Source: an uncultured delta proteobacterium (lineage in GTDB: Bacteria; Desulfobacterota; Binatia; HRBIN30; BPIQ01). From it: a stretch of 64,000 nucleotides of DNA. The stretch lies in the NCBI GenBank assembly GCA_963761335.1, contig CAVXGR010000013.1:1-64000 (forward strand), written 5' to 3'. How positions within the stretch are numbered: the stretch's first letter is position 1; each line of letters opens with the position of its first letter. The notes beneath the pieces are model-generated. The model was given only the letters and a program-made list of their open reading frames with translations, was not told where the DNA came from and searched no databases. Positions 9,479 to 19,468 of the stretch are shown in pieces. The position numbers were made by a program, and so were the translations under genes.

Positions 9479-11089
9479 ATGAGCGCGCCGCAGCCCCACC
9501 TGCCCGCCTGGCGCACGTCCCATCACGAGCAGTCGGGCGAGTGGCCCTCCGCGGGAATCGCGGCGCTGCTCGAGCGCCGCGTGCAGCAGACTCCCGACCG
9601 CCTGTTCATCGTCGACGGCGCCACCCGCCTGAGCTTCGCGGCGATGGCGGCGCGCGCCGGATCTCTGGCCGCGGGCCTCACCCGACTCGGCATCGGCCCG
9701 GGCGAGGTGATTTCCTGGCAGCTGCCGAGCTGGTGGGAAGCCGCCGCGGTGGCTCTCGCCATCGACTGGATCGGCGCGGTGAGCAATCCGATCCTGCCCA
9801 TCTACCGCGAGCGCGAGGTGGGCTTCATCGCGCGCCAGGCGGGCGCGCGGCTGCTGATCGTGCCCGGAGTGTTCCGCGGCTTCGATTACCTGGAGCTGGC
9901 TCGCGGCGTGCGCCGCGACAGCCCGCGCCTCGAGCACCTGCTGGCAGCCCGCGCCGAGTCGCGCCGCGACGTCCCCTCTCTCGAGGCGCTCATGGGGCCG
10001 GCGACACCGCCGCCTCGCGCGCCGCGCGGCGCCTACGAGGTCTCGAGCCTCTTCTACACGTCCGGCACGACCGCGGAGCCGAAGGGTGTGATGCACACGG
10101 ACTCCACCCTCGGCGCCTTCGCGCAGAGTAACATCGCCATCTCCGGCGGCAGTGGCGATGACGTCGGCCTGCTGCAGTTCCCGCTGACGCACATCGGCGG
10201 TATCGGCGCCTTTCTCGCCGTGCCGCTGCTGCGCGGCTCGCGCGTCGTCTACCTCGACGTCTGGACTCCCGAGCGCGCTCTACAGCTCATCGAGAGCGAA
10301 GGCGTGACCAGCGCCGGCGGCCCGCCGGCGATCCTCCAAGGGTTGATGGGCGCCAAGGGATTCGACCCGGCGCGGGTGGGCTCGCTGCGCATCGCCGGCA
10401 CCGGCGCTGCCGACATTCCCCCCGAGCTGGTGCGCGAGGTGGGCCGCCGCCTGGGGGCAATCAGCTATCGCTCCTACGGTCTGACCGAGTGCCCCATGCT
10501 CACCTCCGGCGCTCCGGACGATTCCGAGGACAACCGCGCCGGCACCGACGGCCGCCCGGCTCCCGGCTGCCGCGTGCGCATCGCCGGCGATGACGGCGGC
10601 GAGCTGCCCCCGGGGACCGAGGGCGAGATCCTGGCTTTCGGACCGCAGCTCTGCGTCGGCTACGCCGACCCGCGCCTCAACACGGAGGCCTTCACCGCCG
10701 ATGGCTTCCTGCGCACCGGCGATCTCGGCATCGCCGACGAGAAAGGCTACCTGCGGATCACCGGCCGCAAGAAGGACATCATCATCCGCAAAGGGGAGAA
10801 CCTGAGCGCGCGCGCCATCGAGGACGTCCTCTACGAGCATCCGGCGGTGGCCGACGCCGCCGTGATCGGCGTTGCCGACACTGCCAGCGGCGAGCGTGTC
10901 TGCGCCTGCGTCGTGCTGAGGCCCGGCTCGGCACCGGTATCGCTCGGCGACCTTCGCCGCTTCATGGAGGGGAAGCAGGTGATGCGCCAGAAGATCCCCG
11001 AGCAGCTCGAGATCCTCGCCGAGCTGCCGCGCAACGCCACCGGCAAGGTGCTGAAGTGGGAGCTGCGAAAGAAGATCGGCGCAGGCTGA
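9479..11089 (+). CDS. AMP-binding acyl-CoA synthetase (cyclohexanecarboxylate-CoA ligase-like)
   Basis: YTSGTTAEPKG, YGLTE, RTGDLG, GRKKDIIIRKGEN, PRNATGKVLK. Confidence 0.9.
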   Translation: MSAPQPHLPAWRTSHHEQSGEWPSAGIAALLERRVQQTPDRLFIVDGATRLSFAAMAARAGSLAAGLTRLGIGPGEVISWQLPSWWEAAAVALAIDWIGAVSNPILPIYREREVGFIARQAGARLLIVPGVFRGFDYLELARGVRRDSPRLEHLLAARAESRRDVPSLEALMGPATPPPRAPRGAYEVSSLFYTSGTTAEPKGVMHTDSTLGAFAQSNIAISGGSGDDVGLLQFPLTHIGGIGAFLAVPLLRGSRVVYLDVWTPERALQLIESEGVTSAGGPPAILQGLMGAKGFDPARVGSLRIAGTGAADIPPELVREVGRRLGAISYRSYGLTECPMLTSGAPDDSEDNRAGTDGRPAPGCRVRIAGDDGGELPPGTEGEILAFGPQLCVGYADPRLNTEAFTADGFLRTGDLGIADEKGYLRITGRKKDIIIRKGENLSARAIEDVLYEHPAVADAAVIGVADTASGERVCACVVLRPGSAPVSLGDLRRFMEGKQVMRQKIPEQLEILAELPRNATGKVLKWELRKKIGAG

Positions 11090-11096
11090 GAGACGC

Positions 11097-11969
11097 ATGC
11101 GCCTTCACCTTCTCGACGGCACCTTCGAGCTGTTTCGCGCCTTCTATGCGCTGCCCCCCGAGCGCGGCCCGGCGGGAGAGCCGGTCAACGCCGTGCGCGG
11201 GCTTCTCGGCTCGCTGCTCGCCCTCCTGCGCGAGCCCGAGGTGACGCACATTGGCTGCGCCACCGATCACGTGATCGAGTCCTTCCGCAACCGCCTCTTC
11301 CCCGGCTACAAGACCGGCGAAGGCATCGATCCCGACCTGTGGGCGCAGTTCCCGCTGGCGGAGGAGGCGATGACGGCGCTCGGCGTGGTCGTCTGGCCGA
11401 TGGTGGAGCTCGAGGCCGACGACGCCCTGGCATCGGCGGCGCACCGATTCCGCGATCAGGTGGAGCGGGTGATCATCCTCTCGCCCGACAAGGACCTGAT
11501 GCAGTGCGTGGTGGGGGAACGCGTGGTCACCTGCGATCGGCTGCGGCGCAAGGTGTATGACGAGGCCGCGGTCCACGAGAAGCTCGGGGTCGCCCCAGCG
11601 TCCGTCCCCGACCTGCTGGCGCTGGTGGGCGACACCGCCGACGGCATTCCCGGCATTCCGGCATGGGGAATGAAATCGGCCTCGGCGCTCCTCTCGGCAT
11701 ACGGCCGGATCGAGGAGATCCCCGACGATCCGTTGCGGTGGAAGGTGTCGGTGCGCGGCGCGGCGCGGCTCGCCACCTCGCTCGCCGCACACCGCGAGGA
11801 GGCGGGGCTCTACAAGAGGCTCGCCACCCTGCGCACCGACGCGCCTCTGTCCGAGAGTCTCGAGGACCTGCGCTGGCGCGGGGCGCCGCGAGAGAGGTAT
11901 CGGGAATTCTGCCACCGCCTCGGCCTCGGTGCCATCGCCGACCGGCCGCATCGCTGGTTGGAGACTTGA
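11097..11969 (+). CDS. Stand-alone 5'-3' exonuclease / flap endonuclease
   Basis: LLDGT..LFRA, YK, EADD, SPDKD, LVGDTADGIPGIP (H3TH). Confidence 0.9.
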   Translation: MRLHLLDGTFELFRAFYALPPERGPAGEPVNAVRGLLGSLLALLREPEVTHIGCATDHVIESFRNRLFPGYKTGEGIDPDLWAQFPLAEEAMTALGVVVWPMVELEADDALASAAHRFRDQVERVIILSPDKDLMQCVVGERVVTCDRLRRKVYDEAAVHEKLGVAPASVPDLLALVGDTADGIPGIPAWGMKSASALLSAYGRIEEIPDDPLRWKVSVRGAARLATSLAAHREEAGLYKRLATLRTDAPLSESLEDLRWRGAPRERYREFCHRLGLGAIADRPHRWLET

Positions 11970-12200
11970 GGCGCGCCTGCGCCCCTGGCGGGGCGCGCGG
12001 GAAGGGCGCCCGGCAATCCCCGGGTTGGCGAGGCTGTCTCAAAACTAGTGTAGAAGCGCCGTCCCGGCGCTTTCCGAAGCGGCGAGACGCCGCTTCTACT
12101 GGGCCCGCGAGCCGGCGAAAGCGTCTTGCAAGGGTTTCGAGACAGCCTCTGACACCCGGGGCTGCGCGCCTGCGCTCCCTCCGGGGCGCTGAGACGCGCC
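11970..12200. repeat. Nested palindromic REP/MITE-like cluster
   Basis: Inverted repeats AGGCTGTCTCAAAAC (12031-12045) and GTTTCGAGACAGCCT (12134-12148) enclose the unit GTAGAAGCG...CGCTTCTAC (12050-12099), which recurs at 57892. GCGCGCCTGCGC motifs flank the cluster at ~11971 and ~12164. Confidence 0.7.
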
Positions 12201-12235
12201 GCGCGCCAACGGCGGGGTCCCCAACAAACGCGGCC

Positions 12236-12320
12236 CAACCAACCCCCAAACCCGGGAACCCTCAAACCCGACAACCGAGCAACTTGGCAACCGGGCAACC
12301 CGACGCGACGCGACGCGACG
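12236..12320. repeat. Degenerate period-8 tandem repeat (AACCNNNC-like) followed by (CGACG)n
   Basis: aacccccaaacccgggaaccctcaaacccgacaaccgagcaacttggcaaccgggcaacc. Confidence 0.65.
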
Positions 12321-12340
12321 CGGCGGAACGCCGCGTCGAG

Positions 12341-13357
12341 TCACCCCATCGGATACTTGATCTCGCGCGACACCTTCTTCACCGCCTCCAGCGCCTCGGG
12401 TGGGATGGTGACCTCGGCGGCCGCAAGGGTTTCGTCGAGCTGCTCGGCGGTGGTGGCGCCGATGATCGTCGAACCGACAAACTCGTGCGTCAGCGTCCAG
12501 GCGGTGGCGAAGGTGGCGATCGACATGTTGCACTTCTGCGCGATCTCCGTGAAGCGCGCCGTCGACGCCAGCGTCTGCTCGTTGACGAAACGCCGCGACA
12601 TCGCCTGGCTGCGCGGATTGTGCTCGGAGTACATGGTGAAGCGCGCCCCGGCGGGGCGGGCGCCGTCCTGATACTTGCCGCTCAGCACCCCGCCGGCGAT
12701 CGGGCTGTAGGGCAGCAGGCTGACCTTCTCACGGCGGCAGACCTCGGCGAGCTCGTCCTCGAAGCGCCGATTGTTGAGGCTGAAGTTGTTCTGGATGGTC
12801 TCGTAGCGAGCCAGGTGGTGAACGTCGCTGGCCCACAGGCTCTTGGTGAGACCGTAGGCGGTCTCGTTGCTGCAGCCGACGTAGCGCACCTTCCCCTCTT
12901 CGACCATGCGCGTCAGCGCTTCCAGCGTCTCCTCGATGGGCACGTCGCGGTCCGGCCAGTGCGTCTGATAGAGATCGATGTAATCGGTGCGCAGCCGCCG
13001 CAGGCTGGCCTCGACGGCGCGCTCGATGTGGTGGCGATCGAGGGCGGTCTTGCCGGCGCGCACCGGGGCCAGGAACCATCCCTGCCCGGGGCCCGCGACC
13101 TTGGTGGCGACCACCACCGAGTCGCGCGGCTTCTGCGACAGCCACTTGCCGCAGATCTCCTCGGTGCGCCCGGCGTACTTGACGTCCGGCGGCACCGGAT
13201 AGACCTCGGCGACGTCGATGAAGTCGACGCCCGCTTCGTACGCCTTGTCGAGAATGCGCAGGCTGGTGCGCTCGTCGGCCTGGTTGCCGAAGGTCATGGT
13301 GCCCAGACAGATCTCGGAGACGGTGAGGCCGGTGCGGCCCAGACGGCGTCGCTTCAT
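12341..13357 (-). CDS. Aldo/keto reductase (Tas-like)
   Basis: LGRTGLTVSEICLGTMTFG, IDVAEVYP, SLRRLRTDYIDLYQTHWPD, YSPIAGGVLSGKY; GGAGG RBS. Confidence 0.93.
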   Translation of the reverse strand: MKRRRLGRTGLTVSEICLGTMTFGNQADERTSLRILDKAYEAGVDFIDVAEVYPVPPDVKYAGRTEEICGKWLSQKPRDSVVVATKVAGPGQGWFLAPVRAGKTALDRHHIERAVEASLRRLRTDYIDLYQTHWPDRDVPIEETLEALTRMVEEGKVRYVGCSNETAYGLTKSLWASDVHHLARYETIQNNFSLNNRRFEDELAEVCRREKVSLLPYSPIAGGVLSGKYQDGARPAGARFTMYSEHNPRSQAMSRRFVNEQTLASTARFTEIAQKCNMSIATFATAWTLTHEFVGSTIIGATTAEQLDETLAAAEVTIPPEALEAVKKVSREIKYPMG

Positions 13358-13427
13358 GTGTCCTCCTGGTCTCGGGATCATAGCCGGCGGGCGGGTGAGG
13401 GCAAACGGGCAGGGGAAGAGAATGTAA

Positions 13428-13558
13428 AATGGAGAACCGGTGACCGGGAATGGAGAACCGGCCAACGTTGGGAGGGCGAGCCACGCGCCAGGGCCGCGAC
13501 CAGCCCCCGGCTCGCAGAGCAATGGAAGACGACGGGACGAGAACCGGGAATGAGAACT
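13428..13558. repeat. GAGAAC-family dispersed repeat
   Basis: 13510-13556 is nearly identical to 45888-45935. Confidence 0.7.
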
Positions 13559-13620
13559 GGGAATTCGGTCAGCCTTTGCCGACGCTCTCTGGGTTGCCAC
13601 GGGCGGCGGCGGCGGACAGA

Positions 13621-14388
13621 ATGCCGAGCATGGCCAGTCCCGCTTCCGCTCCCGCCGCTTCGAGCTACGAGATCCAGGGGCGCACCGTCGCCATGCCGGT
13701 CGTGGTGCGCGACGCCTCTGCCGGGGTCGCCTCCTACCTGGTGCCGGCGGCGGCGGCGCAGCGCCTGATTCCCGGCGATGCCTTTCGGGTCGCCGAGATC
13801 CTGCCCGGCCGCACGCTGCTCGGCATCGGCGCCATCGACTACCGCGACAACGACCTCGGCGACTACAACGAGGTGTCAATCGTGCTCTTCGTGCGGCCGC
13901 GCGGCGAGCCGGGCGGCGTACCCTACCTCGGCTCGATCGTCGACATGGTGCGCGGCAAGCTCGGCACCTTCATCTACAAGCTGCCGGTGAACCAGAGCTT
14001 CACCTGCGAGGCGGGCTGCACCATCTGGGGATTCCCGAAGTCGGTCGAGGAGATCGACATCGACTACACCGCCGACTCCTGCACCTGCCGGCTGGCGATG
14101 GGCGGCGAGCACGTCCTCACGCTCACCCTGCCGCGGGCCGGCAAGCGCGCCATGCCGGAGACCGAGATCGTCACCTACACGTACATCGACGGCGTGCCGC
14201 ACCGCACCCGCGCCACCCAGAGCGGCAGCGGCTTCGGCATCCGCCTCGGCGGCGCCCAGCTCACCCTCGGCTCGCACCCCCTCGCCCAGGAGCTGCGCTC
14301 ACTCGGCCTTCCGAAGCGCGCCCTGATGACCATGTGGACGGAGAAGATGCGCGCCGTCTTCCAGAAGGCGGAGGCGGTGGCTCGGTAA
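13621..14388 (+). CDS. Acetoacetate decarboxylase family protein
   Basis: DYRDNDLGDYNEV, LPVNQSFTCEAGCTIWGFPK. Confidence 0.85.
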   Translation: MPSMASPASAPAASSYEIQGRTVAMPVVVRDASAGVASYLVPAAAAQRLIPGDAFRVAEILPGRTLLGIGAIDYRDNDLGDYNEVSIVLFVRPRGEPGGVPYLGSIVDMVRGKLGTFIYKLPVNQSFTCEAGCTIWGFPKSVEEIDIDYTADSCTCRLAMGGEHVLTLTLPRAGKRAMPETEIVTYTYIDGVPHRTRATQSGSGFGIRLGGAQLTLGSHPLAQELRSLGLPKRALMTMWTEKMRAVFQKAEAVAR

Positions 14389-14578
14389 CTCGGTGGCTCA
14401 GTTGCTCGGTAACTCGGTATCTCGGTGGCTCGGTATCTCGGTGGATTGGCTTACGGGTTGCCGGGTTCAAAAGCTCGGGATTGACGCGTCTACCGCCGCT
14501 CAACAGACCAACTCGCCAACCCTGAAACCCCGACAACCCGTAAACTGAGAAACCGAGCAACTGAGCCACCGGAGCCAC
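14381..14578. repeat. Inverted arrays of period-8 repeats between convergent genes
   Basis: (CTCGGTNN)n followed by its complement; 14391-14410 pairs perfectly with 14552-14571. Confidence 0.8.
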
Positions 14579-16180
14579 TCAGAGGAGTACGCCCGGATTC
14601 ATCACTCCGGCCGGATCGAGGGCTCTTTTCGCGGCGCGCAGGGCATTCGCGAAGGGCTCGGGGCGCTGGCGATCGTACCACGGCCGGTGATCGCGGCCGA
14701 CGGCGTGGTGATGGGTGATGGTGCCGCCGAGGCGGATGACGGCGTCGCCGGCGGCGGCCTTGATCTCGTCCCACTGCTCCAGCTGGCTGCCCTTCTTCGC
14801 CGGCGCCAGGATGGTGTAGTACGGCGCCGGACCGTCGGGATAGACGTGGGTGAAGCGGCAGGTGAGCGTGCCGGCGCCGCAGACGCGCGACAGCGCCTCC
14901 CCGACGACGCTGCGAATGCCGGCGTCGAACTCCTCGAAGCGGTCCCAGGTGATCGCCGTCTCGAAGGTGTCGCTGATCATGTTCATGGCCACCAGCGCAT
15001 CGCGGAGATAGGGCGCGCCGAGGAACGACTGCCGCCAGGCGCCGGCACTGCCCTCGCGGGCAGCGGACTCGTCGGTGCGCGTGCGTCCGGCTCCCTCGGG
15101 AACGCTGCCGCCGTGATCCCGGCAGCACTCGAGGGCGCGCTCCATCCAGGCGTCGAGCCCGTGATCCGCGGACTCGAAGGCCACCAGCAGCACCGACTCG
15201 CTGCCGCTGCCGGCTCCCGCGTTCATCGCCTCGCCGGCGTCGAGTAGGCGGCAATTGGACGGATAGAGGCCGGACTGGGACAGAGCGCGCACCGCGGCCA
15301 CGGCGCGCGGCAGCTCCGCGAAGCCCACCGAGGCCGAGGCGCGGTAGACGGGGCGGTCCTGCAAGCGCATCCACGCCTCGGTGATGATGCCGAGGATCCC
15401 CTCGGAGCCGATGAACATGCGGTCCGGGCTGGGCCCGGCTCCCGATCCGGGAAGCCGGCGCGAAGCCGCGATGCCGGCCGGCGACACCACTCGCAGCGAT
15501 TCGACGAAGTCGTCGATGTGCGTGTAGAGGGTCGCGTAGTGGCCGCCCGAACGCGTCGCGATCCAGCCGCCGAGGGAGGAGAACTCGAACGACTGCGGGA
15601 AGTGGCGCAGCGTCAGGCCGTGCGGCCGCAGCTGGTCCTCCAGCGCCGGCCCGTACACCCCCGCCTGGATGCGCGCCGCGCGCGAGGCGCGATCGATTTC
15701 GACGACGCGATCCAGGTGGCGCATGTCGACCGAGACCGCGCCCCGATAGGCGTCGCCGAGGCGCGGCTCGACGCCGCCGACGACACTGGAGCCGCCGCCG
15801 TAGGGGATGGCGGCAGCTCCGGCCGACGTGCACCAATCGAGAAGCGCCACCACGTCCTCTTCCCGCCGCGGGAAGGCGACCACGTCGGGCGGCTCGGGAT
15901 ACTGGCGGCGAAAGGCGCGGACGACGTCGCGAAACGCCTTGCCGTACGTATGCGCGGCGCGGTCGAAGGCCGTGCTGGAGCAGATCGGCGCCAGCGCCGC
16001 CGGCGGAGCCAGACGCGGCGGCCGCAGATGCACGTCCTCGAGGCGCGGCGGCGCTTCGATCTCCACGGAGTCGAGGCCGAAGCGCGCCGCCAGCAGCGCC
16101 GCCAATCTCTGCTGCTGCTCGGCCGTCGGGCCGCCATCCTCGTATCCCCAGCCCCAGAACTTCAGACGCCGCTCGGCCAT
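14579..16180 (-). CDS. FAD-binding oxidoreductase, alkyl-DHAP synthase (ADPS)-like
   Basis: FWGWG, PYGGGSSVVGG, HFPQSFEFSSLGGWIATRSGG, GSEGILGII, THHHAVGRDH, DPAGVMNPG. Confidence 0.9.
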   Translation of the reverse strand: MAERRLKFWGWGYEDGGPTAEQQQRLAALLAARFGLDSVEIEAPPRLEDVHLRPPRLAPPAALAPICSSTAFDRAAHTYGKAFRDVVRAFRRQYPEPPDVVAFPRREEDVVALLDWCTSAGAAAIPYGGGSSVVGGVEPRLGDAYRGAVSVDMRHLDRVVEIDRASRAARIQAGVYGPALEDQLRPHGLTLRHFPQSFEFSSLGGWIATRSGGHYATLYTHIDDFVESLRVVSPAGIAASRRLPGSGAGPSPDRMFIGSEGILGIITEAWMRLQDRPVYRASASVGFAELPRAVAAVRALSQSGLYPSNCRLLDAGEAMNAGAGSGSESVLLVAFESADHGLDAWMERALECCRDHGGSVPEGAGRTRTDESAAREGSAGAWRQSFLGAPYLRDALVAMNMISDTFETAITWDRFEEFDAGIRSVVGEALSRVCGAGTLTCRFTHVYPDGPAPYYTILAPAKKGSQLEQWDEIKAAAGDAVIRLGGTITHHHAVGRDHRPWYDRQRPEPFANALRAAKRALDPAGVMNPGVLL

Positions 16181-16213
16181 GTCACTCCTCCTCGTCTCGC
16201 GCACCGCGCTGCT

Positions 16214-16933
16214 TCAGGCGGCGTCGTGAAAGATGATCCCCAGCACCAGGCGGCGGCCGCTGCGAATCTCGCTGGCACCGTGGCGCATCTGCGTCGCGTA
16301 AAAGCCGCGGCTGCCGGGCGCCGGCCGCTCGCGGTTGGTGAAGACGAGGGCGTCGCCGCGCCCGGGCACGACCACCACGGGCGCCGACTGCGCCCGCGGC
16401 CGCTGCTCGACGAAGACCACCTCGCCGCCCTGGTAGTCGACACCACTCCGCGAGAGGACGATCAGCACCTGCAGCGGAAAGCTGATCTCGCCGTAGAGAT
16501 CCTGGTGCAGGCAGTTGTAGTCGCCGGCGCCGTAGCGCAGCAGCAACGGCGTCGGCCGCCTCTGTCCGGCGGCGTGGCAGCGCCGCAGAAAGCCGTCCAG
16601 CGTCGGCGGATAGGTATGCAAGTGGCGCAGCCGCTCCATCCAGGCGTTGGCGCGCGGCGCCAAGCGGGCGTAGAGCGATTGCCGCAGCGCCTGCACCGGC
16701 GCCGGCAGCGGGTAGGCAAAGTAGCGATACTGCCCGCGGCCAAAGCGGTGCCGCTCCAAGTCGACGGTGGAGCGGAACAGGTCATCGCGCTGGTAGTCGC
16801 CCGCCAGCCCTCGGCAGTCGGCGGCGGTGAGCAGCGACGGCAGCAGATCCCAGCCGCGCTCGTCGAGGCGGCGGCCGGCGGCCTCCCAGTCGAGGCGGGA
16901 GACGCGCCGCTCGATTGCAGACGCCGCAGTCAT
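16214..16933 (-). CDS. 2OG-Fe(II) oxygenase (DUF2086 / prolyl-hydroxylase-like)
   Basis: RPTPLLLRY, NCLHQDLYG, EQRPRAQS, MRHG, LGIIFHDA. Confidence 0.88.
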   Translation of the reverse strand: MTAASAIERRVSRLDWEAAGRRLDERGWDLLPSLLTAADCRGLAGDYQRDDLFRSTVDLERHRFGRGQYRYFAYPLPAPVQALRQSLYARLAPRANAWMERLRHLHTYPPTLDGFLRRCHAAGQRRPTPLLLRYGAGDYNCLHQDLYGEISFPLQVLIVLSRSGVDYQGGEVVFVEQRPRAQSAPVVVVPGRGDALVFTNRERPAPGSRGFYATQMRHGASEIRSGRRLVLGIIFHDAA

Positions 16934-17053
16934 GACTCCTCTTTTCCGCCAAGGGCGGCGGTGGACGCAAGCGGGGCGCAGGGAACCAGCAGACCGGAGG
17001 CAGCCCCTCCACCCCCCTTTGCCTTTTGTATCCCCATACCCTACCTTCGCGCC

Positions 17054-19468
17054 GTGACGGCGCGGCGCTCCCGGTGGTTCATCGCTCTCGGAGCGACCTT
17101 GTTGATCGGCGTCGCCGCAGTGGCCTACTGGCAGCTGCGCCCGCGTCCGGCGACACCGCCACCGACGCAGATTCCACCGGCACCCTCCGGCAATGTGGCG
17201 GTCACGGCGCGACCCTTCGCTTCGTGGATGCGCTTCGAGCCGAACGCGCGCAACCGCGATCTGCTGGAGACCTACTACGTCGACATCATGCTCGGCCATC
17301 AGGTTTTCAAGATGCTGCCCCGCGGTGTGCCGGCGCAGGTGGCGCGCGGACTGCTGCTCGACGACGACGATCTGCTGCTGTCGTCCGGCCTGCGGCTGTG
17401 GAACAAGGAGCTGCTGCCGCAGCCGGGAATGCTGGGGAAGTTCTGCTACATCCACTCGCAGTTCTGCCTCAAGCGCCTGTTCGAGGTGCACTTCGTGGTC
17501 GACGGCACACCGGTGGTGCTCTACGACAACATGTACGCCATCCAGCGCTTTCCCAGCCGCACGGTGGTGCGCTACACGCTCCCCGGCGTTTCGGTCGACG
17601 AGCACAAGTTCATCACCGCCGACGACCGCGCCGTCAGCAGCTTTCAGCTCCGCTCCGCCGACGGCAAGCCCCACGTCGTCACCGTCGACGTCCTCAGCCA
17701 GAACGTGATCATGCCCAACAGCGCCGGCGCCACGCCGCTGCCGCTGCTCGGCAAGGGCGAGTATCAGGGGCGGCCGCTCTACGTCTATCTCGATGCCCCG
17801 GGCTTCGAGAAGCTCGACGCCTATCCGTTCCTCCTGCGCCGCTCCGTGCAGCTGGATGGCTCGGACGAGCCGCGGCGGCTCAACGTCGCCGCCAGCTTCG
17901 AGACCGCCGAGCGCCCACCCGACGCGGAGCCGCTGCCCGACGACATCGTCGAGCGGCACGTGGTCGAGTACCAGCAATGGTTCGCCGACAACGTTCCCTA
18001 CTTCGACGCCCCCGACGCCGCCTACAAGAAGATGTGGTATTACCGCTGGTGGGTGGTGCGCTTCAGCATGGCCAAGCCCGATTCTCCGGACCTGCACGGC
18101 TACGCCTTCTACGAGGGCAAGCTCGGCTTCGACAACCTGATCACCTTCGCGGTGCCGGCGCAGCTCGAGGAGCTGAAGTATCTGCGCGACCCGCGCTTCG
18201 GCATCGACCAGGCGCGCAACGCCTATCGCAACCCGACGTCGGACGGCGCCGCCGCCGACGCTCCGGGCAGCCCGTACTGGGGTGAGGCCTACTCGCAGTG
18301 GATCGCCGGGGCCGTGGCCGACTTCAACCGCGTGCACCCGATCGACCATTCGGTCCTGCAGCAAATGCTGCCGGCGATGGCGGCGGACGTGCGCGCCTGG
18401 ACGACGGCGTACGACCCGGACCACGACCTGCTTCCCAGCCGCGATACTCCGCGCATCACCGGATACGATCTCGACATTCTCTCCTGGTGGTTCTTCGACG
18501 GCCTCAAGTTCGACCCCTTCCACCGGCCGCCGGCGCAGGAGCGCGTCGACTTCGCGAGCTTCGTCTACGCCAACGCCGCCGGCGTCGCCGAGCTCGCCAA
18601 GGAGGTCGGCGACCAGGCGCTGGAGAAGGAGTTCACGGCGCTGGCGCAGGGAATCCGCGACGCCGTCCTGAAGGAGCTCTGGGATCCGCGGACGGCGTTC
18701 TTCTACCCGCAGACCGCCGATGGCGACAAGCGGGTGCCGATTCGCGAGCTGCACGGATTCTTCCCGTTCACCATGCGCCTGGCTCCCGACGAGCCGCAGT
18801 ACACGCGCGCGCTGCAGCACATGATCGACCCGCAGGACTTCTGGGCGCGCTTTCCGCCGGTCATCGCCAGCCTCGAGTACTACCAAAGGTGGACCTGGGA
18901 CATGAACGGTCTGACCCGAAACATCGCTCCCCACCCGATCAGCATGGGCGGCCTGACACTCATCCGGGCGCTGCACGACTATCACCAGAGCATCATCCAG
19001 CCGTCGCACTTCATGCATCTCCTCGATCAGTACACGGCGCTCATGTATCCGAACGTCTATCCCGGCGACCCCACCTGGCGACCCAATGCGCACGAGTACT
19101 ACTCCGAGTGGGAGCCCGGCTCGCGCTCGGGGATGCCAAAGCCGTCGGACATCTCGCACGACTTCCACTCGATGTGGTGCGCGCTGGTGGTCGAGGGGCT
19201 GATCGGCCTCACGCCGCGCAACGACGAGCGCATCGAGCTGCGGCCGGCGGCGCTCGACTGGCCCTACTTCGCGCTCGATCGCCTCCGCTACCACGGCCAC
19301 GATCTGACCATCATCTGGGATCGCCCCGGCGACGGCCAGGTGCACTACCCGGGCTATCCCGAGGGGCTGTCGCTCTACATCGACGGCAAGCTCGCCATGA
19401 CTCGGCCGAGCCTCGATCCGGTCTCCTTCGATCCGCGCACCAACGCAATCGAGGAGCTGAAGAACTGA
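17054..19468 (+). CDS. Membrane-anchored (alpha/alpha)6 glycoside hydrolase, GH63/MGH1-like
   Basis: N-terminal TM; YYRWW, LKYLRDP, LWDPRTAFFY, HEYY, HDFHS, LRYHGHDLTIIWD. Confidence 0.75.
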   Translation: MTARRSRWFIALGATLLIGVAAVAYWQLRPRPATPPPTQIPPAPSGNVAVTARPFASWMRFEPNARNRDLLETYYVDIMLGHQVFKMLPRGVPAQVARGLLLDDDDLLLSSGLRLWNKELLPQPGMLGKFCYIHSQFCLKRLFEVHFVVDGTPVVLYDNMYAIQRFPSRTVVRYTLPGVSVDEHKFITADDRAVSSFQLRSADGKPHVVTVDVLSQNVIMPNSAGATPLPLLGKGEYQGRPLYVYLDAPGFEKLDAYPFLLRRSVQLDGSDEPRRLNVAASFETAERPPDAEPLPDDIVERHVVEYQQWFADNVPYFDAPDAAYKKMWYYRWWVVRFSMAKPDSPDLHGYAFYEGKLGFDNLITFAVPAQLEELKYLRDPRFGIDQARNAYRNPTSDGAAADAPGSPYWGEAYSQWIAGAVADFNRVHPIDHSVLQQMLPAMAADVRAWTTAYDPDHDLLPSRDTPRITGYDLDILSWWFFDGLKFDPFHRPPAQERVDFASFVYANAAGVAELAKEVGDQALEKEFTALAQGIRDAVLKELWDPRTAFFYPQTADGDKRVPIRELHGFFPFTMRLAPDEPQYTRALQHMIDPQDFWARFPPVIASLEYYQRWTWDMNGLTRNIAPHPISMGGLTLIRALHDYHQSIIQPSHFMHLLDQYTALMYPNVYPGDPTWRPNAHEYYSEWEPGSRSGMPKPSDISHDFHSMWCALVVEGLIGLTPRNDERIELRPAALDWPYFALDRLRYHGHDLTIIWDRPGDGQVHYPGYPEGLSLYIDGKLAMTRPSLDPVSFDPRTNAIEELKN

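Noticed and set aside
14381..14578. Intergenic repeat arrays as CRISPR
   Set aside because: Units are 8 nt, degenerate and without spacers, and no cas genes are present.
15518..17053. 1316-aa ORF 15518-19468 as a single giant protein; likewise the long N-terminal extensions on hemE, hemG, ALG2, AKR and the aldolase
   Set aside because: The extensions overlap other real genes, and downstream starts fit the family N-termini, RBSs or stop/start overlaps.
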